Source of the DNA: Moniliella sp. 'wahieum'
Lineage: Eukaryota
Assembly (NCBI GenBank): GCA_003971905.1
Contig: RSEE01000011.1
Span: 434,001 to 498,000, forward strand
Length of the DNA stretch: 64,000 nucleotides
Direction of reading: 5' to 3'
This document shows positions 37,613 through 49,353 of the stretch, in pieces. Each line of letters opens with the position of its first letter. Within the stretch, counting starts at the first letter, position 1. A program made the position numbers and the translations under genes. Below the pieces are notes generated by a model that was given only the letters and a program-made list of their open reading frames with translations, did not search any database and was not told the origin of the DNA.

Positions 37613-38419
37613 TCATGGGGTGCGTATTAGCCCCCCATCTGCCAGAGTTGTCAATAGACATATGAGGCTGAACTGGCTCGCTTGCATCTCTTCGACCGCC
37701 TCCTGTTGATTAGGCGTGCTAATGGAACTGGCTGCAGAATTGATGGGCAACGGTGCCTCGTTCTCTGGGAAAGACTGAGAGCATCTTGTAATATAAGGGG
37801 ATGATCTGGAAGGGGAAGAGAAAGCCGAAGAGCTGCCGTCATTCTCGATAGAGGGAGATGATGGTGGGGTGGCGTTGCTTGTCCCGTCTGGGGCACGGCG
37901 TGGGGTCAAGTGGGCCATGACCCAGGTTACACGCACGGTGGGGCTGGGTGCTTGACTGAGGGGGGCGGTATCATCGCGGCTTGGCTTAGGGGAACGAGAA
38001 GGTTCATCTTGAATACGGAGTTGAAGGGCTGCGGTGGCTTGCCGGGGCCGGATGAGCTTGAATCTCAGGACGCGGTGAATTCCCTCGTACACCAAGCAGT
38101 TGAACATCACCCGCCCTCATCGAGGTAGAAGTAATGGTACTGCGCGCATCGAGCAACAGTCCCCCAAAGGGTCTGCATGGTGTTGCCCGTGGTGACGCGC
38201 ATTGTGCCGTAGGCCTTGCCTGTTTCGAGCAAGCGACGGATGGGACGGAGAGTAGGTTCAGAAGCCTCGATGATCTCCCGAACGTCCTCGTCGTCGTAAG
38301 TCCGTCGAGCGGGGCAAGCAGCGATGGCAGACCTTCGATACTGGCGAGCATGGCGCTTGGCACCTCGCGCGGCGCAAGGCTGCGTAACGGCACAGAGGAA
38401 TGCGGTTACCGGCGTCCAT
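37613..38419 (-). CDS. Hypothetical protein, possibly a homeodomain-less paralog of the neighbouring HD genes
   Basis: ORFs 38258..38488, 38107..38532 and 37613..38110 join across frameshifts. The LWG...YEGIHRVL segment weakly resembles LWG...YEGLREIV of the adjacent HD gene. Confidence 0.4.
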
Positions 38420-39023
38420 ATTAGGTGTTGGGGTATGGTATGGTGAGGTAGTGTGGTATTGTGAATGGAGGGGTAAGGCAAAGGGCACGACAGGCGAAAG
38501 GGGGGATTATGTGGGGAGCAAAAGGGTTGCATAATGTGTCATGTAAACTAAGAGAGGCGTGCCAAATTATAATCCAAAAAAACTCTATAACTCACAGCAG
38601 CGTTCGACATATAGAAGCGAGCCAGACACGCACAAGCGAAGATGCAGAAGCGTGCACTAATAAACGAAAAAGAAAAACATTGAGGCGCTAGTGAAGCTAG
38701 TGAAGAGGGTGCCAAGTGTGACTATACGGAACGCTACGAGCAATACGAGATGAGCTTCAAGGCGTACTACGAGAAGGCCGGCAGTCACACAGACATAAAA
38801 AGTTGTCCACGCAAGCTGCATTGCGAAGTGCAACTTGAGAACAGGGAGAACAGAGGCACACCTTCAAGTCATACGAGAAGGCAGGGCAGGCAGCCACAAG
38901 TCCTTTTCAAGCGAGCTGAAGGAAACGAGAAATGGCAAGGGAAGCGATTCAGCGCAAACAAAGGGAGATTCCGCAGCCCGCGCACAGAACGAATCAACAG
39001 TCGAGCCAGCGAGCGTCACCCAC

Positions 39024-40283
39024 TCATTGGGGAGTGTTCATGGCAGGGTCACTGGGGTTCGGAATACCGACATCGCCCAAAATGGAGTTGGGGAACTCAT
39101 GGCCGTTGACAAACTGTTGGGAAAATTCATCCGCATTCGGGCCCGAATCGTCGAAATTATTTTCGGCGGGGTTAGGCTGACCTTGAATACTGGCTAACTC
39201 GGGAGCGGAGAATGTATTGCACAACCACAACCGACGGCTGGATGCCCACCACACGGTCAGAATCCAAAACAGCAACAACAAAGGTATTAGGAAAACTCAC
39301 ACGGCGTCCTCATCCGGCAAGACAAGATCAGGGTTGTCCCTCTTTGCAGCGCTGAATATGTTGTTACAAGCAACCATTTGCTGCTCCGAGTTCCTTCCCT
39401 CACTGCCTTCATTTGCCTCTTTCCCCAGATCTTGACTCTCACTTTCACTCGACTTTCTTTTGTGCCCGAGGATGCTCCCGGCCCGCACACTCGATTCTTC
39501 GTTATTGCTGGAGGGTTTGGAGCGGTGCCGCTTGTTCTGATACTGTATCATTCCACACATGGGGGTTAGACTGTTGCTCTTTCACACCACCCTTGGTCTC
39601 ACCCACGAGAGGAGCGCCGCCAAAGCGTACCCAGTCATTAACTTGTTTGTAGCTAATCCCAATCATCTGACTGAGTCTGTGCTGCTCAGCCTTGGTAGGA
39701 GCCCTGCACAATTTGTAGGACTTCAAACAGAATTTGGCGCTTATCGTCGGGTATGTTCTCCCTTTTGCACGTAAGGGAGTTGTCGTCCTCCCCATCCCCT
39801 GGTTGAGAATGGGAGCAAAGAAATTGAGCCAGTATGCCACATTGAAGAGATCGCCCACTAGGACCTCAACCTCGACGCGTAGTTAATAATGTTGTGACAT
39901 GGGCCCAAAGACCTGTTCTTCGCCAATCGGCCGGCTGTTGCCCTCACGAACCCGAATTACCTGTGACAAGTCCTTGACTATCTCCCGAAGGCCCTCGTAG
40001 GCGTACTGGCAAGCACACTTGCAAATATTGTCGACCTGGAGCTGATTGAAATGGTTGATGCCGAAAGCGTCCCTGATGCCCCATAGTTGGGAGCGAAACT
40101 GGACCATGCGGGGACGAAGCCAATGCATGCACCGGTCGCGAAATTCGTTCTGTATGTCAAGGTTCGAATGGTGTTCACTTCCAGCATTCGGTTCCGTCCA
40201 TGGCGTGCTCGGTGTCGTGTTTGAATTCGGGATCGGGCGCGGGTTGGGGTGTGGTGGTCAGACAAAGGGAAGAGCGCGATCAA
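39024..40283 (-). CDS. Homeodomain transcription factor, HD2/bW-like (copy A)
   Basis: KSYKLCRAPTKAEQHRLSQMIGISYKQVNDW | intron 39543-39630 (GTACGC..CTAAC..CAG) | YQNKRHRSK gives helix 3 WYQNKR. Start and end approximate. Confidence 0.85.
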
Positions 40284-41383
40284 GGGACGTTGGGATGGCT
40301 TGCGATGGGGAGAGGAAGAGAGAGGATATGGATGTGGACGAGCCAGGAGCGAGATTGGGATGGACGAGGTCTCTGCTTAATAGGTTTACCTTCGAACCCT
40401 TTTGAGCAGTAAAGCCCCCCTACACTGCGCAGAATCAAGTGCCCCTCAGATTGAGAGGCTTTTGACATGTCTTTATTATCAAACCAAAACGGCTATGCTG
40501 CTACCTCACCCCATTCCCTCTGGCTACGAGAGAGCACTTCCTACAGTGCTGTTGTGCCTGATGTACCACCATCATATAACCGGGGTGGGCCTCACTGTGA
40601 GAGAATACGAGTTTCAACAGCCAACCGCATAGGCCACTAGGCAAGTGTTGCTCAGGCTCCACAGTTATCGCCCTCCGCCCAACGGCGCACTGGGCGAGCC
40701 GACTTTTCCCGCACAAGGTCAGAGAGAAATCACTGCCCTCTCACAAGCACATAGTTGCGCCTTGCCTTTTGTCATATTTCCCTACTGATTATTGTAAGAG
40801 TGTCGTTCATTTTCCGTTCATACTCTTTGGCCACACCAATGCGCATTATCTTCTTCGTGTCGTGACGGTGGAGAATCGGGGTGGATACAGGTGTTGTTCA
40901 TGGGGAAGGTTGCAACCGTGTGGATAGGGAAGACGTGAGAGGTGGCGACCGTTTGTTGTGGTCAATCATATAATAGTGTTCCAACCGTAGCGTCAGACTA
41001 TGCGTGCCCGTATTAGCTCCATATACTTATTGAGCAAGAGCAGAAGGACAGAGGGAAAGAAAAGGACTTGGGAATTGATGTGCCATCAGTGTGCTACTAT
41101 CGAACTGACAATCCGTCGGAATACATCCGCACTCTTCTTTTAGGTGATGAAAAAGATGTTGAATGAGAGCAGAAAATTGCGGGGTATTAGACTTAAGAAG
41201 TGGGTGAAGCCAAGGTCAAACGGAAGGAGATAAGAAGAAACATGCTTGGACCCCAACATTCACAGGTCGTTCACTTATGGCGGGGCTGATCCGCTGCGGG
41301 AACTTCTAGTATCTCCGGCGAACTCGGTCGCGCAAGAAGACGGTCTTGACGCAAATGGGAAGAGTATTTGTAAGGAAGTTGAC

Positions 41384-43113
41384 TTATTGGTGCTCAACCA
41401 CGCTAGTCTCATCCAAACGTGAGTAGGACATCCGGCTGCCATCTCCACACTGTGTTGTGATGAAGGCAGTGTTTGGAGGGGGAGGGGTTAGAGGTGATGA
41501 GCCTGGTTGAAATGCGTCGGGGGAATAAGGGTGGGCATGCTGGGCGCCTGGCATAGATGATGTGCAGGGGGGCAAAAGGATTGCGCGCGTGCCAATGCTG
41601 AGAAGAATTTGGGATGAAAGAGAAGGGTACACTTGTCAAGGCCCCTGGGGGATCTGATGACTCACTCCACGGCTTATGTGCCGTAACCAAAGTCCAGTGC
41701 CCATTTTCGCCGGAAGGGAGGCTGGAGCTGGAACTAAGGCAATGGTGGGGGGGCGAAGTGGGAATCTGGAGCATGTTCCAACACACCTAAGTCGACCGGA
41801 CCACCATCATCACAGATAGTAGGAGCTTGAGGGCTAAACCCACTCAAGTAGCGTTGGGATTCGGGTGATCTGGAGAGGGATGGTCCGTGGCTGAGATACA
41901 TTGGCGCCATGCCCATAAAGCTGTTGTCAGAAACCGTGGTGGAACGCGCGCAAACAGAGCAGAATCCCGGTCAAAAGCAGTTGCTAAGAGGCGCGGGAGA
42001 GAAACATACTCGCCCTGCTCGAGATTGTCTTTGCTCGAGAATTTGGTCGTAATTTCATGAGGGGGGGGCAGGTCCCTTTTACCACGGTTTCCCCAATCGT
42101 ATTGAGCCTCCTCATTCCCTTCTTCCTCTGTGTCTTGCAGAGCCTCTTGCTCATAATCATTTTGTCCTCTTGCATCTCTTCCTCATCTTGGTTCCCCTGA
42201 AATTCGTAACTGTCTCTACCCCGTTCAGGGATGCTCGACGAAGGCAGGCGAGCGAGACGGGATGCCATCAGGAGCCTTTGATTGCGTTCTATTGTTGGCC
42301 CGCTTGGCTTGTTTTTTCCCTTTGATGGAGTTGGAGCGGTGTCGCTGATTCTGTAGCTATGTGCTCTCATGTTAGTGCTTCCTATCATCCATTTTGTGGA
42401 CGTGCCGTGACGGTCGAGAATAACGTACCCAAGCGGTAACCTGTGCTCGTCGGAGTCTCGTCAGGTCGCTGAGGACCTGTTGTTCGGCCCATGTAGAATG
42501 CGGGGAGAGGGTAAACGCATATTTCAGAATAGCGACGGCTTGTTGGGGATGAATCGGCCGGAGACGCTGCCGGTTTGCTTGCTGGACCCTGCCCGCAGGC
42601 GCTTGAGAGATGAGGTTGGTTTGTCGGACCACATCCAACAGGGGAGACATAACCTCGTCAGAAAACATAGAGGGTAAGGTCTCCACAAAAGAAAGGAAGA
42701 CTGCTCGGCTGCTGAGCGTCGTGCTCCCTTGGCTGGCGCACATGGCTTGGAGTAGGTCAGGCAGGAGTTGGTGAAGGCTTGGATGGCGTACTGGTAGGCA
42801 TGCTGATGACCCTTCGACTTGGGGGACAACGGGTTAAGTGATGCCGTCGTCTTCAGGCCAGAGCGGAAGCGTCGGCAGGGAGCGAAGGGCATCGTTACAC
42901 ATATCGTGGAAGGCAGCTTCAATCTGGGACTGATGTGAGGGCTCAAAGAGAACTGGCTTGGGGTGCCGTTGGTAATATAAGTTCTGGTGGTGGTATCATT
43001 GTGGGTGTTGACCGTTGGCAGGGCGGGTGGAGGTGGAGGTGGAAGTTTCTCACGGAGTAAAAGAGCGATGCTTTGGAGAGACGAAGAACCCCTGCTGGAG
43101 GGGAGATGGCATC
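41384..43113 (-). CDS. Homeodomain transcription factor, HD2/bW-like (copy B)
   Basis: RLRPIHPQQAVAILKYAFTLSPHSTWAEQQVLSDLTRLRRAQVTAW | intron 42357-42428 (GTACGT..CTAAC..TAG) | LQNQRHRSN gives helix 3 WLQNQR. An acidic region follows. Start and end approximate. Confidence 0.85.
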
Positions 43114-44142
43114 ATGGCGGGGGCATGAAGCCAAAAGTTGTGAGGGCTGAAGATTCTGTTAGGGGTGCTGGCTGTGGGTGGGCAAAAGCTCCAGTGCGAG
43201 TTCAGAAGCCTTTCAAGTAGATGGACTATATAGATGTCAAGCTACCACTAGCCCCCGCGCCCGAGCTGAGAGGCTGTTGAGAACGTTGATGAGGTTCCAA
43301 CATAGTATTACAGGGCCGGTAGCCCCTCTTGCAATTGATTGTGTTTGATTTACACTGCCCCCGCGCCGCGTCTCCTTCAGCGTGACGACAGGCATTTTAT
43401 ACTTAGTTGGTTGTGCGGAGCTCACTACAACAGCAGCTGGACAACCTGTCACATGTCAGACCTGACACTACTTACCTCATCCTCACCCTCCCGGATCGGC
43501 AATGAAGATCCCACTTCTTCCTGGCCAATCCGAGAGATCAACACAATTACAACACAACACAATCACAAGGCCTGCGATCTCGGGCCCCACAGCCCGGCGA
43601 CGATGAAGACTCTCTCCTGAGATCTGAGATCCATAGGAGTTTTTTTTGTCTCGATGCCTGAACTCTTGCACCCCGTTAACCGCTAAAAGGCTTGGCCCGC
43701 CGAGAAAAGAGGGGTGCGCCAGGAATGGAAGACCCGCTGGCGCGGCTCGGTTGTGTCCTGTGTATACCCTTGGGTGGATGATATGAGTTCGATGAGTGCC
43801 TTTTGTTGTTGCACAATGCAAACCGGCAGACACAAGCACCTGGCACAATAACCCTATCTCGTGACTGCGCCTGTGATGGAAGCCCGCGGCGACCGGTGAC
43901 ATCAGACGAATGATCGATGACGGGAGTTTTTCACCACGCCAAAATGAATGTCACAATTGGCGCGGCCTGGTTCCGGGCGGGTGAGAGGCGCAGCAGCGAT
44001 TGGCTTTGGGGAGGCTGCCGATTGCCGGCCGATTGCCGATTGGATTGGCGCGGGTTGCGGTCTCCTATCTTGGTCACTGGTCTCGCCACCGCCACCGCTC
44101 CCACCCCCCGCCGCCGTCGACTCTGCCCCCCAGTGCGCGGGC

Positions 44143-47100
44143 ATGTCCAAGTTCGTCAGCAGGCCATCCGACCGCGATGACTTCCAAGCCCTGACCCAGT
44201 CTCTCCTCCGCCGCGACTCGATCGAGGGCCCGAACCATGAGGCGCGCCAGTCCGGTCTCCTCCCGCCCAGCGACGAGTATTCCCGTCCTTCCAGCCTCGC
44301 CGACCCGCACTTCTCGTCCGGCCAGCTTCCACCGGCGCAACTCGGAAACGATTTGCCCCGGGCGGCCGCATCGTCGGCTGCGTCTCCCGGTCCTGCTGCG
44401 CCTGATTTGGAGGAGGACCGCCCTGCTCGGCGGGCAGGAGGATGGGCATTCGCTACCACATGCCCGGGGTACGGTGCCCTGGATAGCGACCCGGCCGGCG
44501 AAAATGCTCCCCTTCCCTCCCGCCATGGCAAGAAGGGCGTCACATTTGAGCCCGGTGTGAAAGCAGATGGGTCCGACAAGAAACGCAAGATGGGTTTGCA
44601 ACGAGAAAATTCCTTTTCCCCGACGACGTTGCTCCGCCCCGCCGGCCCACCATCCCAAAGCGGGCGGCAATGATCTCCCCTGCTGAGTATGCGCCGAGGA
44701 AACTGGGGACGTGGGACGGGTGTTTATGCCGGTCAGCTGAATGTATGTGTCTTGCTCGTGGGGAGGCACGCTGGCTCGGCCGAGCGGTACTAACGCTGTT
44801 ATGTCCATGCAGATCCTCGGTATCATTCTCTTTCTTCGCTTTGGCTTCATTATTGGCCAAGTTGGGCTGCTGGGTGCGTTTGGGTTGCTGGTGGTCAGCT
44901 ACGCAATTGATACCCTGACCGCCATGTCGCTCAATGCAATTAGCACCAACGGTCAAGTGCGTGGCGGTGGGGCGTACTACCCTCATCTCCCGCAGTCTCG
45001 GACCCGAGTTTGGCGGGAGCATTGGCCTTATCTTTTTTGCTGGTCAAGCGTTGAACGCTGCCATGACGTGCTTGGGTTTGTGGAGAGCTTGACTGATGCG
45101 TATGGCGAGTCGAGGATGTCCGATGGTCTGCCCGAGGGTCCAATCTGGCTCTTCTTCTATGGAAGCCTGTTGCTCTTGCTCTGCATGCTCGTCTGTCTTG
45201 TCGGAAGCCGGCTCTTTGCCCGCGCCACACTCGGTCTCGCTGTCTCCTCTCTGCTGCCATCCTCTCCATCCCCCTTTCCAGCATTGCCGTGCACCCCTTC
45301 CGCGACGCCGAGCGGGGCGCGTACTTTACCGGTGGTCACTGGCCACGTTGAAAGCCAACTGCTTCCCGCACTTTACCTCGGGGGCCGCCGGTCCTCGACG
45401 GGGGACAAACCCGAGAGCTGGCAGTCGGTCTTTGGCGTGCTCTTCCCTGCTGTCAATGGATCCTAGCTGGGGCCAGTATGTCTGGCGACCTGCGCAAGCC
45501 GAGCAAGTCGATCCCCAAGGGCACCAACTGGTCCTTGGTCTTCACGTTCATCATCTACCTCGGCACTTTTATCATCCTTGCCTCGACGGTGGATCGTCAA
45601 AGCTTTTACAGCGACGCTGGGATCGTGAATGACATTGCGCTCAGTCCGCAACTGATCACGTTTGGCGCATTGGCCTCGACGGCATTTTCAACCTTGATGG
45701 GCGTCTTGGCGTGTGCCAAGGTGCTCCAGGCGATCGCACGGGACAACCTGCTTCCGGTACTCAATGTCTTTGCCCAAGGCACTGAGGTCAGCGATACACC
45801 CCTACGCCATCTTGATCACTTACCTCTTTTGCCAGCTGGTCTTGGTGGTCGATTCGGTCAATGCGTTGGCGCAGCTCGTGACCATGACGACGCTGTTGAC
45901 GTTTGGTACGCTGTGCTTTGCCACGGCTGCCTTGAAGGCTGGGGGTGCGCCCAGCTTCCGGCCCTCGTTCCGGTACTGGAACATTTACACTGCCTGGGGC
46001 GGCACGCTGATCAGCTTTGGCGCCATGTTCTTCACGGATTGGTGGGCGGCGCTCGAATGCCTCGTGTTGACCTTTGGCTTGTTTGTTGCGGTGCACATCT
46101 ATGCGCCGCCCAAACCGTGGGGCGACGTGACGCGCAACTTGAACTACTACATCTCGCGTCGTCAGATGCTGCGGATCGATGAGCGGAAAGGCCATGTCAA
46201 GTATTGGCGTCCGCAAGTGCTGCTGTTGGCCAACAATCCCCGCACCGAATGGAACACGATCATCTTCTGCAACGCCCTCAAAAAAGGTTCCCTCTACGTC
46301 TTGGGCCACGTGCTCAAGGGCGACTTTGCCGAATGCCTGTCCGAGCTGAAACAGCAAAACGTATCGTGGCTCAAGCTGATTGACTTGACGGGCATCAAGT
46401 CGTTTGTCGACATTGTCATTGCGCGTGACGAGCGCGAGGGAGCACGCAACTTGATTCTATCCTGTGGCTTGGGCGGGATGCGACCCAACATTGTTGTGAT
46501 GGGCTTTCCGTCGCACATGCAGTTCCCACTCCGGATGATCCACGGCAAAAATCCTTGGTCGCCGGGTCGGACGAGAGCGAGATTACGATCCGCGGGATGG
46601 CGAGCCCGACCGAGGAAAGTGAGGAAGAGAATCCGCAAGGCTACATGACTTTGGACGTGGAAGAGCTGCCGACGGACCAGGCGCGACGCGAAACCCCCAT
46701 TCGAGCCCAAGCGTTTGTTGGCATCATGGAGGACACGTTGGCGCTCAACAAGAGTTTTGCCATTGCCTATGGCTTTTCGCACCTGGACACATCGGTCACC
46801 CAAGCGCTTCATCCGACCCATGGTGCCGGCTCCTGGTTCTCCTCGTCCCCCTCGCACAGTGGGGGAGAAGAAGTACCTCGACTTGTGGCCGGTGCAGATT
46901 GCCAGTACGGAACCTGGGAACGATCAGTCGCGCACCTGGGACAGTTACACCATGGTCTTGCATTTGGGCACGATCTTGAGCATGACCGGTGCCTGGAAGC
47001 GGCATCAGTTACGGGTGAATGTGTTTGTCGAGGTGCCTGAGCAAGTGGAGGAAGAACGGGTCGGATCCAGAGTTTGCTGGACAATTTGCGTGTCCGGGCG

Positions 47101-48285
47101 GAGCTCCGATGTTTTGTCTGCGCACGGCCCAGGTGAATGCGTACGAGGCGATCGTGTTGGGTCACAGAGCGTCGGAGCGGATCGAACGGGCGTTGGAGTT
47201 GGATCCGTGGTGGGAGACGTTGAAGGAACTGCGCAAGGAAGATGCCCGGCGCTCGACGTGCCCAAGCGGCGCTTTCGAAAAAACGCGTGTCTACGACGGA
47301 CCGGACGAGCAGCCCAGCACGCCGTACGCGCAAACAACAAAATCTGTTCGGCTTCACCCTCCCGCCCGAGCATATGGCTTACTTTAAACGCAACATCCAA
47401 ATTGGCCTCGCCCACCCCAAGGCGCGCCCCGTCTGTCCACCAGCTCCGACGCCGACTCCTCCAGCTCGGGAAGCGAGTCGGATCGGACAGCGACCTGAGC
47501 GACGAGCTCTACCACCTCTTCGACCCGGACCAATGGGGCAGTAGTGGCAGCCCCGCTCCCAGTCCCAGATTGCCGCCCCTGGCGGGGGAATTACGACCGG
47601 CCGATCGAGTACGTTCGATACTAATACTACGCGCAAACGCCACAAGGCCGGTCGCAGAGCATGTCCGCTTCCCTGGCCCGAAGGGTGCATACGGTGGAGG
47701 AGCCGCGGGCGCGGGCCCGGCCCTCGTTTCCTCCGCGTTCATCGTCCCGCTCGAGTCTGAGGCGGACCAGGACGGGGACGCGACGATGCGCGGGACGGGG
47801 CCAAGCGTGCGGTCCTCGTTTTCCTCTTCGTCCTCTGCGTCTGGGACTGCGGTGCATACGCGCGGAGGGGACAAGCAGGCTGGAGCGAGGGGGAGCAGGG
47901 GGCGGGGAGGTGGACGTGGAGGCGCAAGCGAGCGAGGCCGGATCGGGAGCGGGGACGGGCGGTCGTCTTCGCGGGCTGCGCTCTCGCAACATGCGCTACG
48001 GATCTCCCACGCCAGACGCGGCGGGCCTCCGCTCATCTCGTTCAACGACTTGCCCAACAAGGCGCAGTATCTGATTCTCACGAGCTCATCCGCACCCCAC
48101 TCGTCGGTGGCGGGGGGGACGAGTGTGGTGCTGACGGCGCTGCCCGCCCAGGCGAGGCGGGGGACGGCGGAGGACGAGCTGCGGTCGCTGCGGTACCTCA
48201 AGCTGCTGCACACGCTGTTTGGGCGGGGGGGGCCGCCGGTGCTGGGGGTGCATGCCAAGACGATGACAATGACAATGACGCGTAG
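44143..48285 (+). CDS. VHC1: Cation-chloride cotransporter (SLC12/CCC family), vacuolar VHC1-like; many frameshifts
   Basis: PRKLGTWDG, ILGIILFLRFGFIIGQ, AISTNGQVRGGGAYY, MSGDLRKPSKSIP, LQAIARDNL, HVKYWRPQVLLL, CGLGGMRPN, SFNDLPNKAQYLIL. Confidence 0.92.
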
Positions 48286-49353
48286 CCCCACGCGGGCAGC
48301 GCAGACATGGACAGCCGCCAAAAGCGCAATTCCAAGTCGCTGCTTATTCGGCAGCCGATCCCCCAACCGTAGTATGTGCGCCGGCATGCATGCAGCCGCG
48401 CCTTAATTCCGCCCGCCCCCACCGGGGCGCTGGGCCCGGCCCGCAGCCCATCGGAATTGTTTGTGGGGGCGCGGGGCAGCGCAAGCGCAGTGTGGGGGGG
48501 CGGTGTCGGTTGACGTGTGATGCATGACGCCGGGGGTTTGATTGGCCGCGGCGGAATGCGGGGGAGGGTGATGCGTGCGATGTGATGGATGGGTGATGTC
48601 GGCTGGCGGCGCTGGGCGGGTGGGGTGGGGTCGGGTGGGCTCAGGGTGCAGCGGCAGGAGGCGTTGGGCGTCTGGGGCTTTTGGCTTGGGCTGCTTGCCC
48701 CGCTGGACAGAATTCCATCTGGGTTGGGACGCAGCGCGGCGTGGAGCGCTGCCAGTGCGGGGCCACTGCGTCCTGGCTGGGCCACCGCCCGTGCACCGTG
48801 CCTGCCCTCCCACACGCCCACTCCTGCGCCGTCTCAGCGGCGTGTCTGCAGTCCTGTGCCTGCCTCCCGCATCCCTCGGTCGGTCGGTCGGTCGGTCGGT
48901 CGCCATCGTCCTCACGTACACATGCGACACGCTGTCCCAGGGTGCGCACACCCCCCAGCCACCCCGCCAGTCCCACAGCGCCGGGGCCGGAGAGGCTGGG
49001 CGCCCATCCCCACCCACGCTGGCCCTCTGCCGCGTCACCCGTCGCCACGGCCACGCTGCTCATCGATCAGACCCATCCTCCAGTATGCGTCATCGTAGTC
49101 ATCCATCATCCATCACCTATTCCATATCACTCATCCATCACCCCATCCATCCGCCTCACCGCTCGCCCCCCCTCACGCATCCATCAGCCATGCATCAGCG
49201 TCAACTCCCTGCGCAGCGCTTGCCACCTCCCCACTCCCCCCCCTGCTTGCTCCAACTCGCCGCCACCATCGCCACCGCCGCCACCATCGCCACCACCCCA
49301 CCTCATCCACCCTCCCCTCCCCCTCTCCCGTCCTCCTTGCTAGCCCTGTCGCC

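Noticed and set aside
40400..41340. HD1/bE gene or CAAX pheromone precursor between the homeobox genes
   Set aside because: By eye I found no WFxNxR-like motif, substantial ORF or short CAAX-terminated ORF; indels could still hide one.
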